Source: a virus
Lineage: Duplodnaviria > Caudoviricetes
IMG/VR virus record: IMGVR_UViG_3300042090_001530
Location: 96,001-160,000 of that record
Length of the DNA: 64,000 nucleotides
Strand: one strand, 5' to 3'
The position numbers and the translations under genes were made by a program. The stretch's first letter is position 1, and each line of letters opens with the position of its first letter. Of this stretch, positions 54,280-63,505 are shown in pieces. The notes under the pieces are model-generated. The model worked only from the letters and a program-made list of their open reading frames with translations. It ran no database searches and was not told the DNA's origin.

Positions 54280-55425
54280 TCAGGCCTTGACGATCGCCCC
54301 CCAGTGCCCGCGGCTGAGCCGGATCGTGCCGTCGAGCCCGACGGTCGCGTTCGCACCGTACAGCGGCAGGCGCCCTTCGATCAGCCACCTCTTCTTGAGC
54401 CCGTCGAGGCTGCGCCACAGGTCGATCGGGCCACTCACGTGGACCGTAGGGAGTTGCCCGATGGAGCCTTCGGCGCGGGCCCATGAACCTTCCCGATCCC
54501 AGATCAGGCTGATCGCGTAGGTGCCGCGTCGCACCCACCGCGTTTGGATGCCCTGATGCTGGACGGCGAGGTTGGAGTACAACTCCCACGCGTCGTCGAG
54601 GTCGGTCAGCGGGAACACGCCCGCGCGCGCCGACTGGTCGCCGCTGGACTCGAGCATCAGGTCGAGTCGCCGCTTCGAGACTTCCGGCGGATAGGTGTCG
54701 GAGTGGCGTGCGGGCATGAACCCGGCCCAGTCGCGTTCGATACGCCCGAGCAGCGTCCCGTCGGGTTGTCGGTTGGCGGTGAGGATCGCCGTCGTGCCGT
54801 CGAGCACCGTGACGATCCGGCCGCCGGGCCGTAGGGCTTCGATCCACGCGGGCGGGATCGGGCTGACGGCGACGGTCGCGACGATCCGGTCGTACGTGCC
54901 GGGCACGATCCGGGTCGCGTCGCACACCTCGAGGGTGGGCGTCAGGCCGTTTGCCTCGAGGCGTTCACGCGCGGCCTTCACCAGGTACGGGTCTACGTCG
55001 ACCGAGGTGACATGCCTGTCGCCGAGGCGCGTGCACAGCAGGGCGGTGCCGTATCCGGAGCCGGTGCCGACGTCGAGGACGTCCATGCCGTCGACGAGTT
55101 GGCCGTGCCGGTACATCTGGATCAGCAGTCCGGGATGCGTGCTCGACGACGTGGGCCTACCGTCGTCCAGGGTCGTGCCGGGGGCCGCCGCGTCCGCGTG
55201 CATCGTGCCGACGCGGGTGACGAGCGAGACGTCCCGGTATGCGGCATCGACCCATCGGTCTGGGTTCTGCTTGCCGCCGTGGTTGACCCATCCGTCGCCG
55301 CGACGCGCCCACCAGGAGGGCACGTATTCGTGCCGGGGGACCGATGCTAGGGGTTGGCGCCAGCGGGAGACGCCGGGCGTGACGGCGGCGGCCATGTCGG
55401 CGGCGCGCGTTTTCCAGTCGGGCAC
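54280..55425 (-). CDS. protein-L-isoaspartate O-methyltransferase-like (PIMT/PCMT) SAM methyltransferase
   Basis: VPRHEYVP, TSSSTHP, VLDVGTGSGYGTALL, VTSVDVD, YDRIVAT, LRPGGRIV. Confidence 0.88.
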   Translation of the reverse strand: MPDWKTRAADMAAAVTPGVSRWRQPLASVPRHEYVPSWWARRGDGWVNHGGKQNPDRWVDAAYRDVSLVTRVGTMHADAAAPGTTLDDGRPTSSSTHPGLLIQMYRHGQLVDGMDVLDVGTGSGYGTALLCTRLGDRHVTSVDVDPYLVKAARERLEANGLTPTLEVCDATRIVPGTYDRIVATVAVSPIPPAWIEALRPGGRIVTVLDGTTAILTANRQPDGTLLGRIERDWAGFMPARHSDTYPPEVSKRRLDLMLESSGDQSARAGVFPLTDLDDAWELYSNLAVQHQGIQTRWVRRGTYAISLIWDREGSWARAEGSIGQLPTVHVSGPIDLWRSLDGLKKRWLIEGRLPLYGANATVGLDGTIRLSRGHWGAIVKA

Positions 55426-55428
55426 GGG

Positions 55429-56334
55429 TCAGTCCTTGGTTCTCTGTGTGAGCCGGATGGTCGGGAACGGCGGCGTGTAGTCGTAGGCCGGGGCGCATGC
55501 GGGGGTGCGGGCCGGGTCGCAGTCGTTCGAGTCGTCCGGTGTGCATGGGTCGCTGCTGCGGCGCGGGATGCTGCGCATGTGCCGGTTCCAGGTCGGGCCG
55601 GCGAGGATCCCGGCGAGTGTCGCACCGTCGAGGAGGTTGCCTGCACGCAGGCCGCGGCCGAGCACGCACGGGGCGACGGTGCCGTCCGGTAGGATCGCGA
55701 GCCGTCCGTCACCGCAGCGCCCGCACAGTTCGGTGACAGGCGCGTCAATGTCCGGGTTCGGGCTGGCCCGGCCGACACCGCGCGCCCGGTCTATCTTCAC
55801 CAGATCTTCGGGGACGCCGAGCCCGATCAACTCCGCTTTGGCTTCGTCGGCGCGTTGGCCCGGAAGCACTCGGACGATGCCGACCTGCAGCGGGATGCCC
55901 AGGTTTAGGGCCGTGACGATGTTCGCGCGCGTCCGGGCGTGGCTGCCGGGCTTCGTCGTGACCGCATCATGCTCGGCCGCGACGTCGGAGTAGTACGACG
56001 TGCCGAGGGTCACGCGCGGATTGGAGAACGCGTCCCAATGCTGCGCGGTGACGCTGTAGAGGTTCGAGTAGACCTGCACTTTGAGGCCTTCGAAGCCGAG
56101 GACGTAGTCGAGCAGTTCGAGCCAGTGCGGTGACGCGGTCGGCTCGCCGCCGATGAGTTGGATGGTTTCGGCGCCGCAGTCGCGGGCTTGGCGCACTGCA
56201 GCCTTCCAGTCTTCGAGGGTCATCGCGCCGTGGTGTGCGCCCGGATGCGAGCGCGTCAGACAGTGGGTGCACTTGAGTTGGCAGGCATGGGTGAGTTCGA
56301 GTTCGACGAGGCGCGGGACTGCGTCGGCGCCCAT
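55429..56334 (-). CDS. radical SAM protein with SPASM/twitch-like domain and Cys/Asp/Pro-rich C-terminal tail
   Basis: CQLKCTHC, LIGGEPT, YSN, CGRC..G..APC; tail PCTPDDSNDCDPARTPACAPAYD. Confidence 0.9.
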   Translation of the reverse strand: MGADAVPRLVELELTHACQLKCTHCLTRSHPGAHHGAMTLEDWKAAVRQARDCGAETIQLIGGEPTASPHWLELLDYVLGFEGLKVQVYSNLYSVTAQHWDAFSNPRVTLGTSYYSDVAAEHDAVTTKPGSHARTRANIVTALNLGIPLQVGIVRVLPGQRADEAKAELIGLGVPEDLVKIDRARGVGRASPNPDIDAPVTELCGRCGDGRLAILPDGTVAPCVLGRGLRAGNLLDGATLAGILAGPTWNRHMRSIPRRSSDPCTPDDSNDCDPARTPACAPAYDYTPPFPTIRLTQRTKD

Positions 56335-56362
56335 GGCGCTCCTTGTGGTCGGTGGGTGGGGG

Positions 56363-56836
56363 TTAAGCCGAGACGCGTTGCAGTACTACGGTAGGCGGGT
56401 CCTCGGCGTGGGCGCCCGCGCTCATGGTCGCCCCGATCGCGAGTGACGCCCACACCAGCTTGCCGAGCCTGGCGGGTTCCGTGCCCCATTCTGCGGCGAG
56501 CGCGTCCACGATCTGCAGGCCGCGCCCGGTTTCTGCGTCGTCGTCGGCGTCGCGTTCCAGCGGCATGGCATCTTTCGCGTCCTGGACTTCGACGAACAGC
56601 AGTCCGTCGTCGGCTTCGCGGTCGGTGTAGATGGTGAGGAACGCAGGCTCCGCACCATGCATCACGGCGTTGGTGACGAGCTCGGATGTGATCAGGTCTG
56701 CTGCGTCCGCGAGATGCCCGAGACCCCACTTGGCCAGGGCGGCGTCGAGGATGCGGCGGGCCTGGTGCGGCGCAGAGCGGGTGAGGGCGAACTGCGTGGA
56801 GACGCGTTCGTGGGTGCGGGGCAGGCGGGTGTTCAC
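56363..56836 (-). CDS. RsbW-like HATPase_c ATP-binding protein
   Basis: ARRIL..LITSELVTNAVMHG..VEVQD..ETGRGLQIVDALAAEWG..KLVWA. Confidence 0.9.
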   Translation of the reverse strand: MNTRLPRTHERVSTQFALTRSAPHQARRILDAALAKWGLGHLADAADLITSELVTNAVMHGAEPAFLTIYTDREADDGLLFVEVQDAKDAMPLERDADDDAETGRGLQIVDALAAEWGTEPARLGKLVWASLAIGATMSAGAHAEDPPTVVLQRVSA

Positions 56837-56979
56837 CGGGGCGCCCCGGCGCGTGGCTGCGGCCGGCTGGCGGCGGACTGGGGCGCCTTGGGCGCCTCGG
56901 TTCGATGGGGCGCCGTCGTCGCTCGCATACCGTGCCGCTCCTCGCTGCCGAAGGAAAAGGTGCGCTGTGCAATGTGCAT
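56833..56979 (-). CDS. possible 48-aa leader ORF coupled to HATPase gene
   Basis: GTGA overlap only. Confidence 0.3.
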   Translation of the reverse strand: MHIAQRTFSFGSEERHGMRATTAPHRTEAPKAPQSAASRPQPRAGAPR

Positions 56980-57176
56980 ACGATTGCGCGCCGGTCGCCC
57001 GATGGCTAGATGCGCGGACCCGGGTGTAGTGCATCCGGGTCCGGAGCCCGGCGGCCGCTGCGTGTGGACCACGGGCACTCCCCAGATTGATACGGCTGCA
57101 CTAAGACAGGTGTATCACCGCCGTAGTACGCTGCCAAGACATACCGCACAGGAACCTGAAAGAAGGACGTCAACCC

Positions 57177-57908
57177 GTGACGCCGAAACAGCGCACCGAA
57201 CCCACCCACCGACGCGACGAAATCGCCGAAGCACTCCGCGGACGCATCGGCATCGGCGAATTCGCCCCCGGGGCCGAAGTGCCGTCCGGACGGGAACTCG
57301 CCGCCCAATACGACTGCGCGCCCATGACCGCCAACGCCGCCCTGCACATACTCGCCGAGGACGGCGTCATCACCATCCGGCCCGGCCGAGGGTCGATCGT
57401 CGCCCGGGCCGTCCCGTCGATCGCCGGGCCCGCCGAGAGGATGAACCGCTCGCGTTCCGGCACCCTGTTCCGCGAGGGCGACGTCCAGGAGATCCTGCGC
57501 TGCCACCTGACGCGGGGACATCCGGACGCGCGGGCCGCGTTGCGCGTGTTCGACGACGAGGAACTGGGCGCCCGCGACTACCTGGTGCGCAACGCGGCCG
57601 GCGCGGTCGTGACGCGTGCGACGTCGTATGTGCATCCGGACGTGTGGACGGCGGTCGCCGAGATCCGGGGGCCGGCGCCGATCCGGGACGGCATCATCGG
57701 CGCGATCCGGCGTGTCCTGGGGCGCGAGGCGGTCGACACCCCGACGCGGCGCAAGGCCGCCCATGCGACGGATGAGGAGGCCGCCGTGTTCGGCGTGCCG
57801 GAGGGCTCCCCGGTGCTCGTCGAGGTCACCGAATGCCAGCTGCGGGACGGCACGGTCGTGGAGTGGAACGTGTCGGTGCACCCGGAAGGGTACTGGGTCG
57901 GGCGGTAA
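57177..57908 (+). CDS. GntR-family regulator with UTRA-like domain (HutC/KorSA-like)
   Basis: AGAAGGA RBS; EIAEALRGRIGIGEF..PSGRELAAQY..GRGSIV; ATDEEAAVFGV..PVL. Confidence 0.9.
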   Translation: MTPKQRTEPTHRRDEIAEALRGRIGIGEFAPGAEVPSGRELAAQYDCAPMTANAALHILAEDGVITIRPGRGSIVARAVPSIAGPAERMNRSRSGTLFREGDVQEILRCHLTRGHPDARAALRVFDDEELGARDYLVRNAAGAVVTRATSYVHPDVWTAVAEIRGPAPIRDGIIGAIRRVLGREAVDTPTRRKAAHATDEEAAVFGVPEGSPVLVEVTECQLRDGTVVEWNVSVHPEGYWVGR

Positions 57909-57914
57909 GTGTCT

Positions 57915-58349
57915 TCAGTCGCCGCCGTCTCCAGCCTCGAGCGTGAGCCGAACTCCAGTGCCGCCGGGATCGACTACGGCGGCGCGCAGGATCCGGGTGA
58001 CCGTGGTGGGCGGCGGTCCCTTGAGCGTGATGAGGATCGACTCGCCGATCTGGTCCGCGAAGGCGTCAGGTGCGAACCGGGAGTCGAGCGGGGACGGCTG
58101 CCAGAGTTCGATCATTTCGGGGACGTGCCCCATCGTGCCCGTGTTACTTCCGCAGCCGCGTGGCGCCCCGGCCGGGCTCGGGTACAGGTCGACGTCCTCG
58201 CCGAACACGAGCGTCGTCTCGCCGGGAGTCGGGCAGCCCGGTTCGCAGAAATGCCGCCCGACGTGCCCGCGCTGCTTGCGGCAGCCGTGCGTGCCCCAGT
58301 ACACGCGGCACGGGCCTTTCGCCGCGAGCTTCCGGGCCTTACCGCGCAT
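57915..58349 (-). CDS. hypothetical protein
   Basis: GAGG RBS; CRVYWGTHGC motif. Confidence 0.55.
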   Translation of the reverse strand: MRGKARKLAAKGPCRVYWGTHGCRKQRGHVGRHFCEPGCPTPGETTLVFGEDVDLYPSPAGAPRGCGSNTGTMGHVPEMIELWQPSPLDSRFAPDAFADQIGESILITLKGPPPTTVTRILRAAVVDPGGTGVRLTLEAGDGGD

Positions 58350-58504
58350 CAGCCGACCTCGGTCCCGGTCGCGTCATCAAGCATCCGGCCGACGTAGTCG
58401 AGGTCGAGCCAGCACACCCAACCGCCTTCGTCCTGTCGAGTCGAGTCGGGGGCCCGGCACAGTCGGCCCACGTGCGCCCGGATTTCCGCGTCCAGGTCAG
58501 CCAT
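58349..58504 (-). CDS. small hypothetical protein
   Basis: 8-nt and TGATG overlaps. Confidence 0.45.
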   Translation of the reverse strand: MADLDAEIRAHVGRLCRAPDSTRQDEGGWVCWLDLDYVGRMLDDATGTEVG

Positions 58505-58766
58505 CGGCGCCCGCCGTCTCCGTCTCGATCGCGGGCTTCTCGCCGACGTAGTCCTCGCGACAGCCCTCGCAGTACCGAATATGCACCGTGTCCCAGGCGG
58601 AGACGGGTTCGCCGGCCTCCTGGTGCTCACGGGCGCCGCACTCCGAGCACACGTCGAACCCGCCGCAGCAGCATCCGGGGCACGACCCGGACGTCGTGTG
58701 CCAGCCGGACCAGGGCTCGCCGGAACCGTCGTCGAACCGGGCCCAGCGGAAGCGGGCGTCAGCCAT
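58497..58766 (-). CDS. Cys-rich hypothetical protein
   Basis: CPGCCC, CSEC, CEGC. Confidence 0.55.
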   Translation of the reverse strand: MADARFRWARFDDGSGEPWSGWHTTSGSCPGCCCGGFDVCSECGAREHQEAGEPVSAWDTVHIRYCEGCREDYVGEKPAIETETAGADG

Positions 58767-59106
58767 CGCTCAGCACCTCCCAGCCGACTTGCCGCAGGAG
58801 TCTCGCCGCGTCGCCTTCACTGGGCCCCCACCGCACCCAGTTCGGGCGTGCAGAAGCCGCGATGGGCGCGTTTCCGGGGGTATCGATGACGAGTTCGGCT
58901 ACCTCGATGAGGACTCGCCCGTCCGGGGTCCACCAACGTCGGACTATCGGCGCGAGAGGGCTTGGGTTGGTGTCGGAGTCCCAGAGTTGCATGTCGTCGC
59001 TGGTGCCTGGCAAGAACTCTGTGGCCATGTACTTCTGCCAGGTGACGTCACTCCTGTCCGGGCCGGAGCGGTCGAGGACGCGCAGCCGCAGAATGATCTC
59101 AGGCAT
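58759..59106 (-). CDS. hypothetical protein
   Basis: GGAGG RBS. Confidence 0.5.
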   Translation of the reverse strand: MPEIILRLRVLDRSGPDRSDVTWQKYMATEFLPGTSDDMQLWDSDTNPSPLAPIVRRWWTPDGRVLIEVAELVIDTPGNAPIAASARPNWVRWGPSEGDAARLLRQVGWEVLSDG

Positions 59107-59165
59107 CGCGGCCTCCGACGTAGGCGCAGGCCTGGATCTCTTCGAGACGCATATCGGGCATCGGG

Positions 59166-59438
59166 TCAGCCACGGTCGGCCGCCCTCGGGTGGTCCGGGT
59201 GCAGCCGGGGCCAGTACTGCGACACGGGGATGCCGTGCCCGCGCAGGTGCGCCTGGACCAGCGTCATCATCTCGGCGACCGTGCCGTCCATGTGCAGGCC
59301 GCCGCACGAGCAGTCGACAAGGAACAGGACCGGTTCGCTCGATGTCAGGCCTCGGAAGTCGAGGTGCGGGGTGGCGGTCAGCGTGTGGTTGCGGCACTCG
59401 ACGCGGACCGCGTCGTCGTCAGCGAGAAGGTCAGTCAT
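59166..59438 (-). CDS. hypothetical protein
   Basis: GGAGGG RBS; CxxH..CSCG..H. Confidence 0.55.
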   Translation of the reverse strand: MTDLLADDDAVRVECRNHTLTATPHLDFRGLTSSEPVLFLVDCSCGGLHMDGTVAEMMTLVQAHLRGHGIPVSQYWPRLHPDHPRAADRG

Positions 59439-59976
59439 CGTCACCCTCCATCGGCTCGTCCGCCTCCATCAGCAACGTCCACAACCAATCCACGCGCAGC
59501 GGCAACTCCTGCGCTCCGCGGTGCGTCACGCCAATGACCGGCGAGCCGTAGCCTTGCGCGTGGTCGTCGATCCACTCCAGGATGCGCTTCGCCGCTTCGA
59601 GTCGCTTCCCGCTCACGGCGGGCCGGGCCAGCCGTAGCGCGCACAATTCGTCGTTGGACTCCCGGAAGCGGGCGCGGATCTCCCGTTCGGCCGCCGTGGC
59701 GCGCTCCAGCCTCTTCAGGAGCGTCGCCGTGTCGTCGTCAGCCTCCGGGCTGCCCGCGGCGCCCCTGTCGTAGCTGTCGCCCTCGGCCGCGAACGCCTCC
59801 TCGGCGAGCGCGCAAGCTGCGCCGTCGCGGTACTGGTCGTAGGCGTTCAGGATGTCAGCGAGGCACGATCGGACGGCCCCGGTCGGCGAGTGCATCTTGC
59901 TGGCCTGCTCGTCGAGGATCGCGGTTAGCTCGGGCGGGATGGTTTCGGCGGTCCAGCGCGCCATCATCTCAGGCAT
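59431..59976 (-). CDS. hypothetical protein
   Basis: GGGAG RBS, 8-nt overlaps. Confidence 0.55.
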   Translation of the reverse strand: MPEMMARWTAETIPPELTAILDEQASKMHSPTGAVRSCLADILNAYDQYRDGAACALAEEAFAAEGDSYDRGAAGSPEADDDTATLLKRLERATAAEREIRARFRESNDELCALRLARPAVSGKRLEAAKRILEWIDDHAQGYGSPVIGVTHRGAQELPLRVDWLWTLLMEADEPMEGDDD

Positions 59977-60373
59977 TCCCGTCTCCCATTCCGGGTCGTG
60001 CAACATGGATTCGGATCGTGCCCTTCGCCACCGACGGGTCAGATGTCACCGGGATCCCTGCCAAGTCGGCGAGCGGCACGCGCGGCCCGGTCGGCTGGTT
60101 CGGCGAATCGGCGTACTCCAATCGCATCCACGTGCCCGCCTCAGTAATTGCCCTATAGCCAGCGAAGTCGCCGAGTTGGACGGTGCACCGCTCGCCGCAG
60201 CCACGCTGCCGATGTGGGACGCCTACGCCGAAGTGCCACAGGCCCGGCATGGGCTCGGCGAACGCCTGAACCCAGGCGGACAGCGCGTCCTCGAGGGCGT
60301 TGCCGCGTTCCCGTTCCGCCGCGGCCTGACCCTTCCACGCCTCGGCATCATCGGACCACTCGTCGTCATGCAT
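59969..60373 (-). CDS. hypothetical protein
   Basis: GGGAGG RBS, 8-nt overlaps. Confidence 0.5.
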   Translation of the reverse strand: MHDDEWSDDAEAWKGQAAAERERGNALEDALSAWVQAFAEPMPGLWHFGVGVPHRQRGCGERCTVQLGDFAGYRAITEAGTWMRLEYADSPNQPTGPRVPLADLAGIPVTSDPSVAKGTIRIHVARPGMGDGNA

Positions 60374-61523
60374 CTCGGGCCGCCTCCCGTTCGCGCCGGA
60401 TGGCGGAGAGCGCGGCCTCTTCCTCGACGGTGGGCGCCGGGAGCCCCCAAGCGCCGAGCAACTGGTTGCGGACTTTCCGCACACCGTCAGGGCCGGTGTG
60501 CGGCTGGCACAGGCCCCAGAGCGGGCCGCGCCGAAAGTCTTCAACGGCCTCGGTTTCGAACCCGCATTCACGGCAGGCGCCGTAGATCTTGCCGCCGTGC
60601 TTGTCGGTGCGGATCCCGGCGTAGCAGGTCGGCGTCGCGCCCGTGCCCTTGCGTAGGACGAGGATCGGCCTGTTGTACAACTCGCGCCGCCGGTCTTGCC
60701 CGGCCGCATGCTTGTGGGCGAAGCGCACAAGTTGGGCGCGCCGAGCCATCGGGGTGTCGTACTCGGTCGCCCATCCGCAGGCGCAGGTGGCTTGCAGCAT
60801 GTCGGCCGGTAGGTAGAACAGGTCGGTGACCTTGATGCTGCAGTCCTTGAGCGGGTCTCCGATCGTCATGACCGTGATCGGGGTCGCCCGGTCGGCGTCG
60901 GTATCCGGGACGGCGTCCCACGGGATGAGGCCCTGCTCGGCGAGCGCGGTCGGCACGTGCTCGGCCAGCGCTTCCTGCTCCGGCTGGAATCCGGCGCTCA
61001 CCCCGACGCGGATCCAGATACGGGTGCCGCGATAGTCGCAGTACACGGTGGTCAGCGAGTAGTAGGCGGTCTCGCGGGGTATCGGGCGCGCCAGGTCCGC
61101 CGCCTCAAAGGTGAGGCACAGTGGACGCGGGACGTCGACCATGTAGCTGATGAAGTCGCTCGGGATCGGGCGCAGCAGGCCGGCGACCGGGCCGTCGATG
61201 AACACGGCCTTCTCGGCGGTGATCTCCCTAGGCTTGGCGACCTTGTACCGCGGGTAGTCGCCGCTTGCTATCTGAGCGCCGATCGCGCGGGCGGTCGTGC
61301 ACTGTAGCGGTGCGTTGATCTGCGCTGCGTAGCTTCGCGGTTCGGCTGGGCCATGGCAGCGGCACTGGCATCTGCCGAGCCATTCGCAGATTCCGTAACA
61401 GTTCTCGTGCCCGCAGGGTCCGTACACTTCTCCGTCGAGGCAGCGCTCCATTTCGGGCCGGTCGGCCGAGTCTTCGGCGTTGCCCGCGGCGCACAGGGCG
61501 TCGTCGTGCACGGGATCAACCAC
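60366..61523 (-). CDS. Cys-rich multi-domain hypothetical protein
   Basis: several Cys clusters (CQCRCH, CACG, CRECG). Confidence 0.55.
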   Translation of the reverse strand: MVDPVHDDALCAAGNAEDSADRPEMERCLDGEVYGPCGHENCYGICEWLGRCQCRCHGPAEPRSYAAQINAPLQCTTARAIGAQIASGDYPRYKVAKPREITAEKAVFIDGPVAGLLRPIPSDFISYMVDVPRPLCLTFEAADLARPIPRETAYYSLTTVYCDYRGTRIWIRVGVSAGFQPEQEALAEHVPTALAEQGLIPWDAVPDTDADRATPITVMTIGDPLKDCSIKVTDLFYLPADMLQATCACGWATEYDTPMARRAQLVRFAHKHAAGQDRRRELYNRPILVLRKGTGATPTCYAGIRTDKHGGKIYGACRECGFETEAVEDFRRGPLWGLCQPHTGPDGVRKVRNQLLGAWGLPAPTVEEEAALSAIRREREAARDA

Positions 61524-61722
61524 GGTCGCCCTCGCAGTTCTCGACGACGGGGAGGCCGCCGCCGTCGCACATGAGCGCGTCCCACGCGCCGAGCCGCGCG
61601 CCAATCACCACGTCCTCGTAGCTGGCGGTCTTGGAGTGCCCGATGAGCGCGCCGTCGAGCACGAGCACGTTGGTCATGCCGCACCAGGGGCAGCTCGCCC
61701 ACGCGAGTACCGGCTCAGTCAC
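61516..61722 (-). CDS. small zinc-binding protein
   Basis: CPWC..H..C. Confidence 0.5.
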   Translation of the reverse strand: MTEPVLAWASCPWCGMTNVLVLDGALIGHSKTASYEDVVIGARLGAWDALMCDGGGLPVVENCEGDRG

Positions 61723-61918
61723 CATCGGTCGCCTCGCAGCCAAGCACGTCCGCGACGTGCCGTCGTAGCGCGGCCCGGTCAGCGTGCCGCAGCGCCCTGG
61801 TCGCGCGAGCGGTGTCTGCGCAGACCGGACCCGGTCGAGCGCGGCAGTACGGGCATCGCGGGCCGCAGTAAGCGCCAGCCATGCGGTCACGTGGCGAGGG
61901 AGGGGGGACGGTGCGCAT
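61715..61918 (-). CDS. small zinc-finger protein; start uncertain
   Basis: CPYCRARPGPVC...HADR. Confidence 0.45.
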   Translation of the reverse strand: MRTVPPPSPRDRMAGAYCGPRCPYCRARPGPVCADTARATRALRHADRAALRRHVADVLGCEATDGD

Positions 61919-61972
61919 GCGACCAGTATGCAGCGGTCGGGCATCCGATGATCTGACCTTTGTGTCGATCGC

Positions 61973-62293
61973 TCAGCTGCCGCAATCCGGCTCGTCCTCG
62001 GCAAGTTCAGCAGGGGCCTCGTCGCGCGACTGAGGATGGTGGAACAGCCGTTCGCCAGCCGCCGCGAGCGCGTTCGAGATGTCCAGCGCGCTGGCCTTCG
62101 GATTGGCCACGAACGCATTCTTCGCGAACACCGCCGCACGCAGCAGGACGGCACCGGCATGCTCGTCGGGGACGCCGTCGAGGTCCCGGTGGAAGTCGCC
62201 GGCGATCTGCTTGGCCAACCGGCGGCCTTCGGGGAGTTGCGCACCGGCACGCTTGCGGACCTCGGCAGCGAGTTGATCGATCTCGGGATTCAT
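61973..62293 (-). CDS. hypothetical protein
   Basis: GAGG RBS. Confidence 0.55.
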   Translation of the reverse strand: MNPEIDQLAAEVRKRAGAQLPEGRRLAKQIAGDFHRDLDGVPDEHAGAVLLRAAVFAKNAFVANPKASALDISNALAAAGERLFHHPQSRDEAPAELAEDEPDCGS

Positions 62294-62306
62294 CGTCACC
62301 TCGCCA

Positions 62307-62759
62307 TCATCCCGCAAGGACTGGATCCCAGCCGGGTACGACGGTCAGCGGGATGCCTTCGCGCACCCACAGGGCGCAGGGCTCGGGCCGGTCGTCGTAC
62401 GCGTGCACGGGCCTGTATCGGAGCCGGATCTTCGCAAGGATCTCAGCCTTGATGACCTCGTCGGGCCGGCAGTCGTTATTCGGCCGCATGTACATGGCGT
62501 CGCTCGGAACCGAGTGCAATGCCAAGGTCCACGCGCTCACGTGCCGGTAGCGGATCTGCCGGGCGGTCGTGATCAGGATGGCGCGGCCGAGCTTGGCGTG
62601 CTCGCGCAACTCGTCCACGACCCACTGGTTGACGGGGCAGTTGACGCTGGCCATGTGGAAGGCGTGGAAACGGCCGGGACCGTTGATCAGATGCCGGATG
62701 CCGCGAACGTCGACGATCGTGCCATCAAGATCCGCGATGACGGCCTCGGGCAGGATCAC
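62307..62759 (-). CDS. HAD-family phosphatase, T4 Pnk 3'-phosphatase-like
   Basis: ADLDGT, TTAR, LYM-like AMYMR..D.RPDEVIK, YDDRP. Confidence 0.85.
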   Translation of the reverse strand: MILPEAVIADLDGTIVDVRGIRHLINGPGRFHAFHMASVNCPVNQWVVDELREHAKLGRAILITTARQIRYRHVSAWTLALHSVPSDAMYMRPNNDCRPDEVIKAEILAKIRLRYRPVHAYDDRPEPCALWVREGIPLTVVPGWDPVLAG

Positions 62760-63505
62760 GGCACCTCCTTCGGCGTGACGCGGTAGTACTCGGCGCGCAC
62801 CCGGTTGAGCCAGGACTGCACGATCGCGGTGCGCGGCTCGTCAGGGAGCACGGTCTTGGCGGCGTTGAACCGATCTTCGGCGGCGGCCATGAACGGCACG
62901 GCGGCCTGCGGGTTGGCGGCGACAGCCTCGCCGAAGTCGAGGTACTTCTGCGGGTTCTCGAGCCGGATGCGCAGGTTGCCGGTGGTGTACAGCTCGAATC
63001 CTTGATCAACCAGGCGCATCAAGTGCCTGGCGTGCTTGGAGGCTCGCCGTGCCGGGATGTCTGAGTCGAACGACCCGTCACCGCGCGTCAGCAGCTTCTT
63101 GAACTGCTGCGTCGCATAGCCGAGGTACGCGTCCCTCGTCCGCTTGGCGCAGTGGAACGCACTCCGGAGCCCGATCAGTTCCGCACCGAGCGGCGCCCTG
63201 ACCTCATACTCAGTCAACCAGAGCACCTCTGTCGACGTTGGATTACCGGCCAGTAGTAGCCGTACGGCTTTCGAGGCCTCGTGCAGCGTCGAGTCGGGTT
63301 TCGTCGTCACGATCGAGTCGCGCGGCGGGTCGAGCCTGAACAGCCGCACCGTGTCGTACGCGAAGATCCCGAGACGGTCCACGTCCGAGTCCGGGCCGGC
63401 AAGCCCGTAAGCCGTCGATCCGACCACGCCCTCAAGGAGAATGTGCATGCCGCCAGTCTCTGATGTCGGCGCGGCCGGGGCGACCTGATTCGCAACGGCC
63501 GTCAC
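62756..63505 (-). CDS. Pol-beta superfamily nucleotidyltransferase (RlaP/YcgL-like)
   Basis: GSTAYGLAGPDSDVDRLG, HEASKAVRLLLAGNPTSTEVL, SKHARHLMRL. Confidence 0.87.
   Translation of the reverse strand: MTAVANQVAPAAPTSETGGMHILLEGVVGSTAYGLAGPDSDVDRLGIFAYDTVRLFRLDPPRDSIVTTKPDSTLHEASKAVRLLLAGNPTSTEVLWLTEYEVRAPLGAELIGLRSAFHCAKRTRDAYLGYATQQFKKLLTRGDGSFDSDIPARRASKHARHLMRLVDQGFELYTTGNLRIRLENPQKYLDFGEAVAANPQAAVPFMAAAEDRFNAAKTVLPDEPRTAIVQSWLNRVRAEYYRVTPKEVP

Noticed and set aside
56833-56979. Leader ORF as the RiPP precursor for the radical SAM/PIMT pair
   Set aside because: Contains no Cys and no Asp, and the ORF itself is weakly supported
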